A stretch of DNA of 63,158 nucleotides, filler included, from Octopus bimaculoides (lineage: Eukaryota): NCBI RefSeq assembly GCF_001194135.2. It is 6 parts of 5 records of this genome, joined end to end, with 100 filler letters (N's around TTAATTAATTAA, not from the genome) between each part and the next. Parts side by side here need not be neighbours in the genome. Positions count along the whole stretch, not along the records: positions 50,397 to 55,691 come from NC_069009.1; positions 55,792 to 60,062 come from NC_068984.1; positions 60,163 to 63,158 come from NC_068989.1; 3 more parts are not named here. The stretch is one strand, 5' to 3'. Of this stretch, positions 52,603-63,158 are shown one piece after another. Position 1 is the first letter of the stretch, and each line of letters opens with the position of its first letter. The notes under the pieces were generated by a model, which did not search any database, had not been told where the DNA came from, and was given only the letters and a program-made list of their open reading frames with translations. The position numbers were made by a program, and so were the translations under genes.

Positions 52603-53376
52603 TCTGTATATATATAAAAGGCAGGATGTATGTGTGTGTGTGTGTGTGTACGTGAATGTAGTTTATGCAAGTCCACAAATTAGCACGCATGTCGCTCCAA
52701 TTTTAGGAGGACATTCGTCATGACCCTATCTGCATTTTCATCAACTTTTTTCTCTCAGAGGCACCTGCGTATAGCTGTAAAAATCGATTTTCAACCATAA
52801 CTTTTACCAATTTTGAAGTTTGCTAACATGGCGAAGTCAAAGTGTGCATAAGCGCGTGAAGGAGAGAGAGAGAAATTGTATGTTTGTGAGAGGGGGAGTG
52901 AGGGAGAGATACAGATTGTTTGCCGGCGTCTAACAAAAAAAAAGTAAAGAAAAATTGTGGGAGGAAGACAGAAAGAGTCTAACGAAAGAAAAAGTGGGAG
53001 AGGGGAGTAAGGAAGACAATGTCAGTGTTCATGAAAAATGAAAATGTAAAATGATTTTTTTTTCTTAAACATGAGATATAGTTTGAAATATAGGATGTTT
53101 TTGAAAGACACTATATTTTATAATGAAATTATATATACTTTCTCACACAACAGTTAAAATGTATTTATTTTATATCATTTATTTATTTTAAATCATTCAT
53201 CTTTCTCCCCCCTCTCACTCTCATACACACGCACATATACTACTTTGGGAGCGAAAGAGTTTTGTTTATATTTCACGCCGAAGAAAAAGGTTTATTGACA
53301 ATCCATTTATTTAACAACAATGAAACAAAGAGGTAATCCTAGCTTAATCCCGGGCAGCACCGGGCTATACTGCTAG
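52603..53376 (+). mobile_element. Non-autonomous Helitron
   Basis: 5' A|TCTGTATATATATAAAAGGCAG; 3' GC hairpin CCCGG-gcagca-CCGGG about 8 nt before CTAG|T; inserted at an A|T junction with no TSD. Confidence 0.8.
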
Positions 53377-53544
53377 TACTAAATAATAAAGTGAATGAAC
53401 ACATTTTGAAATTGCTATTTAGAAGTAAGAAGGATTTATCTGTCTACCAACAATTTTCTTTCTCTCTTCTCTGACTCAATCAGTCGTCATCATGTAAGCT
53501 TTCATGTGAAAATAACCTACAAACACACACTAACAGTTTGTATA

Positions 53545-53915
53545 TCATCATCATCATCATTTAACGTCCGTTGTCCATGCTGGTATGGGTTGGACAATTC
53601 GACTGGGCTGGCATGCTGGAAGGCTGCACCAGACTCCAGTCTGATTTGGCATGGTTTTCTATGGTTGGATGACCTTCTTAACACCAACCACCCCATGAGT
53701 GTAATGGGTGCTTTTACATGCCTCCAGTATGGGTGTCATTTGCATAACACCAGGGTGCGTTTACGTGCCACCAGCACAAGTGCCAATTTGTGTGACACTG
53801 GTATCTGCCATGACTGCGATTTTGCTCGGCTCGATGGGTTTTCTTCTCAAGCACAACATTATGCCAAAGGACTTGGTTATTGCCTCCATGAGGCCCAATG
53901 CTGTAGATTTTGGTA
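53545..53915 (-). mobile_element. Family-D repeat
   Basis: ATCATCATCATCATCATTTAACGTCCGTTGTCCATGCTGG... Confidence 0.8.
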
Positions 53916-54499
53916 GAACATAGCCACATATCCTCTCCAAACAAAGCTATCAGAAAACATAACAAATTTAAGTAACACATATACCATTCCTAGTGTTTTA
54001 GGCTTCAGCGGTTTATTAGTTGTAGCAATTTCTTGCCATACATCTGTCTATATTGACTGATAAGGAAGGAGACACATTATTCACTGAGAGAATTATCTTG
54101 AACTTCCTTTGTTGAAATTTAGATATTCTTTGTAGAGATTGAATTTTGGATTGTATAAATATGGTTCTTTCTGTTCTATATACAAGCATCAGTAGGATTT
54201 CTTTCCTTCTAGAAATGTTCTTTTATGGGAATGTTATAATAATGATATAAGGTACACGGAGCGCAGGTGTACTACNNNNNNNNNNNNNNNNNNNNNNNNN
54301 NNNNNNNNNNNNNNNNNNNNNNNNNNNNNNNNNNNNNNNNNNNNNNNNNNNNNNNNNNNNNNNNNNNNNNNNNNNNNNNNNNNNNNNNNNNNNNNNNNNN
54401 NNNNNNNNNNNNNNNNNNNNNNNNNNNNNNNNNNNNNNNNNNNNNNNNNNNNNNNNNNNNNNNNNNNNNNNNNNNNNNNNNNNNNNNNNNNNNNNNNNN

Positions 54500-55690
54500 C
54501 AGAGAGTATTTGCCTGGTTGTAGATCAGATTGAAGGAAAGGTATATAGCATATAATAACATGCTTCAAGATTGGGGTTCCAGGCTGGAACTGAAAGCTGT
54601 AAGTGTGGATGTACCGTAGCCACATATAATAACTTTAAATTGATAACTTGACAAAGTAACAATGGTCTTACCAAATGATGCTAAGACACTTTCAACCTTT
54701 TTGATGATTTTAGGAATGTAGTTTGTCCATCACAGGTCATTGTTGACATTAATACCAAGGCCACGTTCAAATGTACATATCTACAACCCACTTGAGTTGC
54801 CAATCAAGCAATCCAATGCTGCATTGTGTCCAGATCAGATTGAAAGAAAGATATATAGCAGAGAATAATATGCTTCAAGGTGGCATCTATTTAGTTTAAT
54901 ATATACAAAAAACAACAAGGTACCAAGAATAGATTATGAAGAGGTATGACATCTCTAGAATTGTTAACCTGAAACCAGTCAGGGCACTATGACACAGTAC
55001 AATAGGAGTTCCAGTCAGCCTTGTTCCTGTAAAAGCAATCACTTTGTAAGCAGTTGTGACTTTTCTTTCTGACTGTAAGAGATAGATTAGCAAGATTAGA
55101 GCATGGTTAGAGTTAGCTAAATGTATCTTGGTAGTGAAGCTGATAACTATTTCAGGGGCAGTGGTAAATAGCAGATCCAAAGTGCTGTTAGCCCTTATAG
55201 AAGAGGTGACTAATTGGGATCGCTTTGAATCCAGCACAAAATGAAGGAAATCATTTGCACTTTGTGACCAGTGAAAGGTTTCCCAATCAATATTTGGATA
55301 ATTGAAATCACCAGTATGAAAATATGGGTAACTGCTTCCATAGATGCAAGTTTGAAGATGTCAAAATCTGTGTGTTTTGATGGCAGTTTTGCAGATGGTA
55401 AACAAATTCAAGTAGAAGTGTATATGTTGCAAATAAAAAATACTTCTTGTTATGACCAGTTTAAATCTCCACAAGGAATTACAGAAAAGCTTGAGTGACC
55501 ATAGACCATCACACAACTCCCCATGGTAATCAGAGTCGTCTTTGTGTAACAAAATGTAGCTTGCCATGCTCAAAACATCATTGCAGAGTAAAGAATGTAC
55601 CCAGGTTTAACTAACAAGATTGGAATTGGTACTTTTAATGTAAGAATCAAAAAGGTGGACCTTGTTACATAAACTGTTGGTATTTAAAAT
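54500..55690 (-). mobile_element. CR1/L2-type LINE endonuclease-to-RT linker fragment, highly decayed
   Basis: SQLVTSSIRANSTLDLLFTTAPEIV...LANSNHALI resembles the APE C-terminal QLV..PTR..N.LDL.F...P...SDH..I motif. Confidence 0.6.
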
Positions 55691-55735
55691 CNNNNNNNNN
55701 NNNNNNNNNNNNNNNNNNNNNNNNNNNNNNNNNNN

Positions 55736-55747
55736 TTAATTAATTAA
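55736..55747. other. Assembly gap linker TTAATTAATTAA
   Basis: Centred in an N gap. Confidence 0.95.
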
Positions 55748-56727
55748 NNNNNNNNNNNNNNNNNNNNNNNNNNNNNNNNNNNNNNNNNNNNTATTATATA
55801 TATTATATATGTATGTGTATATATATATATGTATATATGCATGTATGTATATGTATGTGTATGTGTATGATTTATATATTAATTATTAGCGACGGAAGTA
55901 TTATAGCCAACTTAACGTGACTGTCTTGTAACGTGTGTTCTTTTATAGATATAATGTTTACCTTTTGGTATTAATACTGCTTCTGTCACTAATAATTAAT
56001 TTTTGATAAGCCTACTGGCTATTTTCGACATCAACGTCTAAAAAGATGCTGATGTTTTATATATCGTAGCAGCGAGATTCCACTGGCATGCGGTGATCGG
56101 TGGTTCTCACTGAAGAGGTCCAATAGGTTGAAGGCACGTAATATGGGAATTACGACGCCCATGACAGACAAATTCTGTCTGCTACGATCTAGGTGTGCTT
56201 TTATGCATCAAGAGTGTAATGAGAGGCTCTCCTAAGGCTAATAATATATATATATACACGTCCCTTATGGGTCATCCACATTTAGGTGACAAATATACTT
56301 CACGATGTCGTGTTGCTACTGTTTATATCTCGTTCAGAGATTTAATATTGCTTATATATATATTTCACGTCTGGTCCTACTAGCCCTTCTTGTTTATTTT
56401 CACTGTTCGTTTTCCTGTCATGTTTTCTGTTCGCCACGATATTCCTCCGCACTACAAATTTAATTTGTTTCCACAGGAAGAGCCATTCTAACAATGCGTC
56501 CTGTCCTAACTCTTCGAAACGCTTAGTTTTAGAATGGTGGCAGCTGATGAAGGAAATGTTCTCTATGTGGCCTGGGTGTTTTCTGTACTCTGTTTATGCT
56601 CTGTTTTTCATTTTGTCCACGTTTTCTTGTGACGTCCTGTACCCAGATATGCATCTATATATACATGTAAATGTAGGTATGTACATACATGTACGTATAT
56701 ATGCATATACTCATATATTATTTGTAT

Positions 56728-56781
<54 letters not shown>

Positions 56782-56844
56782 TATGCATGTATGTATGTAT
56801 GTATGTATGAATGAATGAATGTATGTACGTATGTTCATACATTT

Positions 56845-57115
56845 GAATGTATTCACACGTTTGAATGTGGTGTATGCCAGAAGGCTTGCAAATCCAGTGG
56901 GGGTCTTAAAAGACATGTTAAGATCCACAATGAGCAGAACTTACCTGCAGGTATTGGTAGTTCAAATCAGAGGTGCAATCTGTGCGGGTGTTTTTTCAAA
57001 ACATTGTCTGGTTTAAAAATCCACATCAGACGCCATGAAAGGGCTAAGGTGTAGGTACAAGAGGTTGTCAAACTCTGTGGAAGGAGTAGACAACCACCAC
57101 CATGTACGTATGTAC
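56845..57115 (+). mobile_element. Two C2H2 zinc fingers, probably the 3' end of a 5'-truncated LINE
   Basis: CGVCQKACKSSGGLKRHVKIH and CNLCGCFFKTLSGLKIHIRRH are both C-x2-C-x12-H-x3-H; no TGEKP linker; TAG at 57052-57054, then a short UTR and a TGTACGTATGT motif also present at the 5' side. Confidence 0.6.
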
Positions 57116-57549
57116 GTATAAAAGAATTTTTTTTAGAAACAACAATGTCTGCTATCAATGCTCGCTCTTGATTTTGTTATTTTCGTTGGATATGTGAATA
57201 TCATTCAAAAATATACCTTTATTAGAAAAAATGACTCTGCTCCCAAGAGTTGTTTAACCAATTTTCAAAACTACGCACACTTCCATTCTCTGACGTTCTA
57301 CGTACTTCTGTTTCCTTCTGTCACTATGCTCTGAAAATGGTCTTAGGAAGTCGATGGGAACAAACCATCTGCGCATTACAGAGAGATTTCAGAATGAATA
57401 TATGATGATTTATATATCGAACAATATCAAGATGAATAATATGTTTCCAGGATTTGTTTAATTATGAAGAATTTTTTAAAGGAAAGTTATAATTATGTGG
57501 TAAAGTAGAAAATTATTAACGAAGAAAAAAAAACTAAAATAATGATTTC

Positions 57550-57735
57550 TGGTATAAGTACAAGGCCAACAATATTGAAAAGAGGGATGTAGTCGAACCC
57601 CGGTACTTTATTTTATCGACCCCGAAAGAATGAAAGGCAAAGTTGACCCAGATGAGATTTGAACTCAGAACATAAGACCGGAACAAATGCCGCTAAACAT
57701 CTTGTCCAATGTGCTGACGGTTTTACCAACTCACA
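57550..57735 (-). mobile_element. SINE family C
   Basis: GGTACTTTATTTTATCGACCCCGAAAGAATGAAAGGCAAAGTTGAC...ATTTGAACTCAGAAC. Confidence 0.8.
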
Positions 57736-58814
57736 GTTTTAATGGGCAGTCTTACAAACCATAACATTTTAACACTGAGTTTTTTTTCCCAACGCTCTAA
57801 CGATTCTGCCAACTCGATAAGCTAAAGAAAGATATTTTTCTACAGGTTACTTCTTACTAAAATGTACTTATTTCACTAAATGTCTAAACGATACGGATTA
57901 CTAAAGAAACACAGTACATCTTAAACAAAGACATTACTCTGTTTTTTTGTTTTTTTTCACATAATGCAATACTACAATAAACAGTCCGTATTTCAATTTT
58001 TTTTCAGTTGTTGTCTGTTTATGGTCATAAATGTACATGTGTGTGTGTGTGTTGATGTATCTATGCATCTTGAATGCTTTATGTGTAGTCGTGTTGTCTT
58101 TCTACACGTTTCACTGTGTTTCAGTGTGTATGAACATCGGCGTATGAATACAGAGTTACGACGCGCGTGCTTTCGTGAGGTAATTATCATAAGAAGGGTG
58201 GTATATACTTAGTGTAACACTTTTAATATGTCCGTTCTCTCCTCTCGTCATTTTTGTCTCTCTATGTTCTGTGTTTATATGTTTATATTTTTCGCCCCAA
58301 CAAAAACTTTTTTTCAATTTTCAGTTAACCTCAACATCTTGCAACACCCATTCGCGTCCCCTTTTACATCTTTGACTACACTCAGCATTCCCACTAACCC
58401 CTACACGTTCCTTCCTCAACCCTACATTTAGTTGTCGCAAGATATATATTTGCACCGTCGAATCACGACTGATACACTTTGCTCTTCATCGGAAGAAATA
58501 AACTACAGATATTTTCAAGAGAAACATTCATGCCATAAGCAAAACTCAGATTATACTCAACTGGTGATCAGCTCTATGTTAGTGTGAGAATTTGAGATCA
58601 ATAATGAAGGCTAAGTAAATTATCCTAATTTGTACAGTACTTTCATCACTTACACATACACATATAAACACACGCATGCTCGCAAACCGCATACATACAC
58701 AGAAAATATTCACACATATATAAATGTACATGTAGACATACACGTACAAGTGAGCACTATCATATCCGGTGAATAGAACTACACTTATTTTCCAAAGGCC
58801 TTTTTTATTTATTA

Positions 58815-59020
58815 TTCTACTAGTTTCAGTCGTTTGACTGCGGTCGTGCTGAGGCAAGGCTTAGTGGAATAAATCGACCGCAATACTTAGTTTTCTTCTT
58901 TTGTTTGGTACTTGTTCTATTTCTCTTTTGCCGAACCACTAGATTATGGGAACATAAACAAACTAACATCGGTTGTCAAGTGGTGGTGAGTGACACTCGC
59001 AGACACAAAGACCCACATAC
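58815..59020 (-). mobile_element. SINE family-B body
   Basis: Reverse complement of the B consensus. Confidence 0.8.
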
Positions 59021-59035
59021 ACATAGATACATACA

Positions 59036-59083
<48 letters not shown>

Positions 59084-59084
<1 letters not shown>

Positions 59085-59185
59085 GTGTGGCCTAGTGATT
59101 AGGGTATTGCATTCACGATCGCTACATCGTGGGTTCGATTCCCGAGCCCGGCGCCACATTGCGGTTTTGAGCAAGACACTTCAAT
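59084..59185 (+). mobile_element. tRNA-derived SINE head
   Basis: GTGGCCTAGTGATTAGGG...GGGTTCGATTCCCG...TTTGAGCAAGACACTT: A and B boxes followed by a SINE body. Confidence 0.75.
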
Positions 59186-59441
59186 CTACTGATGTGAGAG
59201 TGGCAGAATCACTAGTGCGTCGACAGAGATGCTTTACAGTATATCTTCCAGCACTCTGCGTTCTGAGTTCAAATTCCACCTGCCTGGAGAAGACAACGGG
59301 AAACCACTCCGATATTCATCCCAAGTCTAGTCATAGTAGCCGAAGTTTAAGTAATCTACTTAACGGCGGCAGGGAAGGGTACGGCCCTTCAGGATCGTAT
59401 AGAGAGTGCTTTCTCAGGGGGCAAGAAGAGTTGCCTCCCCT

Positions 59442-59750
59442 TGTATGATTCCAGGTATGGCCAAAGTTGGTCAGCCGTGTCTGCGTACGTTATTTCCATT
59501 CTCTTGTCCGCAGCCGGAAACCACGTTTCTAAAATGAATTTTCTATCATGTGGATTGAGGCTAAAGATTTCACATTTAAATTCTTGACGGCACGCGGATC
59601 ATGCAAACGTTTTAGGATCATTATCCTCTCGATTAAGCAAAATTTTCACCGTCTGCTTCCGCTAGGTATGGTGCAAGCTTCCAGTTAATTTTGTGTGGAG
59701 TTCCTTCCTCTTTTAATTGCCGAATATAGCTGGTTAATGATATAATGATA
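59442..59750 (-). mobile_element. Penelope-like GIY-YIG C-terminal fragment
   Basis: IRQLKEEGTPHKINWKL.APY.SG.RR...CLIERIMILKR...EIFS..PH.RKF matches the PLE motif IW.LK....Y.I.W.I...A..Y......C.LC..EK..I......LN.R.E....C.H..KF. Confidence 0.7.
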
Positions 59751-59819
59751 CGCCACACCAGGATCTGTGGTTATTTAACCAGGTCTTTAATGGGTCTTCC
59801 GTTGCTCCAACATACTAGA

Positions 59820-59900
59820 TATAGACAGACAGATAGACAAACAGACAGACAAACGGACAGACAAACAGACAGACAAACAAACAGACAAACAAACAGACAA

Positions 59901-59967
<67 letters not shown>
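59820..59967. repeat. (GACA/AACA)n-(GATA)n microsatellite
   Basis: Direct reading. Confidence 0.95.
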
Positions 59968-59968
<1 letters not shown>

Positions 59969-60106
59969 GTTTCTTTATTAGCCACACAGGGCTCAACACA
60001 GAGGGGACAAAATACAAATGTAGAGTTTTTTCTTTTCGAGGGGGGCGAAAACAAAGCAGAAANNNNNNNNNNNNNNNNNNNNNNNNNNNNNNNNNNNNNN
60101 NNNNNN

Positions 60107-60118
60107 TTAATTAATTAA
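60107..60118. other. Assembly gap linker TTAATTAATTAA
   Basis: Centred in an N gap. Confidence 0.95.
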
Positions 60119-60185
60119 NNNNNNNNNNNNNNNNNNNNNNNNNNNNNNNNNNNNNNNNNNNNTATATATATATATACATATATAT

Positions 60186-60325
60186 ACGACGGGCTTTTTT
60201 CAGTTTCCGTCTACCAAATCCACTCACAAGGCTTTGGTCGGCCCGAGGCTATAGTAGTAGACACTTGCCCAAGGTGCAACGCAGTGGGACTGAACCCGGA
60301 ACCGTGTGGTTGGTAAGCAAGCTAC
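60186..60325 (-). mobile_element. SINE family-A head
   Basis: Reverse complement of the A consensus. Confidence 0.85.
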
Positions 60326-60354
60326 ATAATATATACATATTATAATATACTATT

Positions 60355-60555
60355 TTATTCTTTTACTTGTTTCAGTCATTCGATTGCGGCCACGCTGGAG
60401 CATCGTCTTTAGTCGAACAAATCGACCTCAGGAATGATTCTTTGTAAGCCTAGTACTTACTTTATCGGTGTCTTATGCGAACCGTTAAGTTACGGGGACG
60501 TAAACACACCAACACCGGTTATTTAGCAATAGTGGAGGGACAAACACAGACATAC
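60355..60555 (-). mobile_element. SINE family-B body
   Basis: Reverse complement of the B consensus. Confidence 0.85.
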
Positions 60556-60776
60556 AAATATATCCATGCATGCATACATACATACATATATATATATATA
60601 TACATACATACATACACACATACATACATACATTCATACATACATATATACATATATATACATATATACATTTATATATACATATATATACATATATACA
60701 TTTATATATACATACAATCATACATACATATAAATATGTAAGCGAAAAGCTGAAATCCCAGCCCAGGGACCCTCTT

Positions 60777-60828
<52 letters not shown>

Positions 60829-60849
60829 GTTTTGTTATCCAGACGAACC

Positions 60850-61769
60850 AAAATGGCAGGTAAGGCTATGTAAGCGCTACGGAAGGACCGTAGTTAGGGT
60901 CCAGGTTCGATTATAGTGTGAGTGAGGAGTCTAATGCGGGTCGTGTGTGAGCATGTATATGTTAAATAAAATGAGACAACAAAGTCAAGGCAGTGTGAAA
61001 TTTTTAGGACATTTATAAAGAGAAAGGTAGTCTTACAGCTGTTTCAGGGATATGAGGCATATCCCTTCATCAGAGACTATATGAGAGAGTTAAATAAAGG
61101 GGAATAGTTGAGTTCAATATAAGAAGTTATTTTAGAAAGGGAGAGATGCAGGAAGTATAAAGAGAAATAAGAGAATAAAAATTGAAATATATGTTTGATG
61201 TTACAGTTGTAGTTCCATTATCCAAGGAAAGTGCTGTGCAGAATAGGTAGAAAGGCTCCTTGTCCATGGTATGTAAATTCGATACGAGGTCATATTTTGT
61301 TATTACAAATGGATAGTGTGGAGACATTAATTCATGTGCTGTTCATTCGAAGGAGTCTTGTAGTGTGTAAGGAAATTTTGAGAAAGTATTGTAGAGGTAA
61401 GTAGATAGAGGGAAGAGAATAGATATGTATGTTAGAAGGAGGAGAATGATATTGATCAAAAGGACTCTTTTCTTCATTTTCTCTTCCTTTTTCTTTCTTT
61501 CTGTCTTCTTTCATCCCCTATTCCTTTTGACCAATACCATTCTCCTCCTTCTATCCAACTCCTCCCCGCCCAACTTCATAACACTTTCTATCCATTCTGC
61601 ACAGCACTTTTCTTGGATAATGGAACTACGACTGTAACATCCAACATATTTTTATTTTTATTCTCTTATTTCTCTTTATACTTCCTATATCTCTCCCTTT
61701 CCAAAATAACTTCTTTTATTGAACTCAACTATTTCCCTCTATTTAACTCTCTCATATCGTCTCTGATGA
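60850..61769. mobile_element. Penelope-like pLTR region arranged as an inverted repeat (minus copy 60850-61464, plus copy 61522-61769)
   Basis: Arms are reverse complements; contains an intact HHR; homologous to 18450-19610. Confidence 0.7.
61028..61079 (-). ncRNA. Minimal type I hammerhead ribozyme, apparently intact
   Basis: TAGTCT-CTGATGA-AGGGATATG-cct-CATATCCCT-GAAA-C-agct-G-TA|AGACTA: 6-bp stem I, 9-bp stem II, full core, palindromic AGCT loop, GUA triplet (cut between 61034 and 61033). Confidence 0.88.
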
Positions 61770-61805
61770 GGAAAAAAAAATAAATAAAAAATAATAATAA
61801 TAATG

Positions 61806-61856
<51 letters not shown>

Positions 61857-62410
61857 GTGAGAGAAACGAAAATGAAAAAGAAAGACATATCAATGCGTAT
61901 ACAAGTCTATATTTGCAGTAAACTGTAACATAAAAATAAAAATCTAACGGATATGTTTAAAGAAATATTAACAGGTTGAGACGAAGTATAATGTAAACAA
62001 GGCCACGTGAGTATAGTAGAATATAACCAACAGGTTCACTAGCAGAAAAAAAAACATAGAGAGTTTTACGTATACATATTAATAATGAAAAATATATATA
62101 TATTACAAGAGACTTAAAGCTGATAGGCAAGACTATTTTTGAAAAAGACACAATATTTAAGTAAAAATGTACATACAAGCAGAGAAAAATCAAAGAGAAC
62201 TTAACAAAGAAAAAGCAACGCTCACAGACAGGATCCGTCGGTGTATTCAAGAGAGTTATCTTACTCAAAAATTAGCTCGGCATAGGGAAGACAACCAAAT
62301 AAGAATAGGAACTAAAACGAATATATGAAGGAGAAAATTATTATAAATTTACAAGTGATAGAGAAAACGTACACACTTAACACATAAGGATATACAGTCA
62401 TACATATATG

Positions 62411-62442
<32 letters not shown>

Positions 62443-62863
62443 CACATATATATATATATATACATACACATACATACACGTACATAAACATGCACATACA
62501 TGTACACGCACACACATACATACACACACACATATATATATAAATAAATAAATATGCTTGAGTGTACATTTTTACTTAAATATTGTATCTTTTTCAAACA
62601 GAGTCTTGTCTATCAGCTTTAAACCTCTTGTAATATATATTTTTTATCAATATTAATATTAATATATAATTTTTCTGCTAGTGAACCTGTTGCGTTATAT
62701 TCTACTATACACTCGTGGCCTTGTTTACATTATACTTCGTCTCGACCTCTTAATATTTCTTTAAACATATCCGTAAAATTTTTATTTTATGTTATAGTTT
62801 ACTGCAAATATAGACTTGCATACGCATTGATATGTCTTTCTTTTTCATTTTCTTCTCTCTCAC
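61857..62863. mobile_element. About 1-kb foldback element with ~325-bp inverted arms
   Basis: 61857-62181 is the reverse complement of 62555-62863 (high identity by eye); flanks are (AAT)n-TA| and |TA-(ATT)n. Confidence 0.8.
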
Positions 62864-62883
62864 TATTATTATTATTATTATTA

Positions 62884-62934
<51 letters not shown>

Positions 62935-63158
62935 GTCAAAACGAAGAGCGCGATTTTAGATGTTTTATTTTTTGAACAACATTTCGACAGAACGTCTGTC
63001 TTTCTCAAGTTCAAACCAAAAGGTGATTGAAAATTCAAAATTTCAGAAACCAAACGTAGACTATGAACGTGAGTAATCAGCGTCCATACGTTGATAGAAT
63101 GACATCATCAGCTTTTGTCAGTTTTTTAATAAGCAGAATAGCGTATGCATTTGAACTG

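Noticed and set aside
54520-54880. About 50-bp diverged direct repeat (54520-54570 / 54830-54880)
   Set aside because: Internal to a decayed LINE; no further structure seen.

Overview
AT-rich, microsatellite-dense eukaryotic DNA from a gappy draft assembly, with many N runs and five 100-bp gaps that carry a TTAATTAATTAA six-frame-stop linker. The SINE families and the (TA)n/(CA)n/(GATA)n/(AAT)n load look like a coleoid cephalopod (octopus-like) genome; this is pattern recognition, not a database result. I can support no host protein-coding gene: most ORFs in the track are microsatellite or gap read-through. The window is a mosaic of decayed mobile elements. These include non-LTR retrotransposon fragments of several clades (R4/Dong, CRE, Tx1/L1, CR1/L2-like, RTE), at least four Penelope-like (PLE) coding fragments (RT and GIY-YIG) plus pLTR-like copies, three mariner copies, hAT-type MITEs, a Helitron, two ~1-kb foldback/TIR elements and about 25 SINE copies. 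The most notable signal is non-coding: several minimal type I hammerhead ribozyme (HHR) motifs from different sequence families, most with palindromic stem III. Two look essentially intact (26371-26413 and 61028-61079, both minus strand). The first lies at the centre of a 307-bp, highly self-complementary element bounded by 40-bp inverted repeats, a retrozyme/MITE-like hybrid that I regard as the best candidate for an undescribed system.
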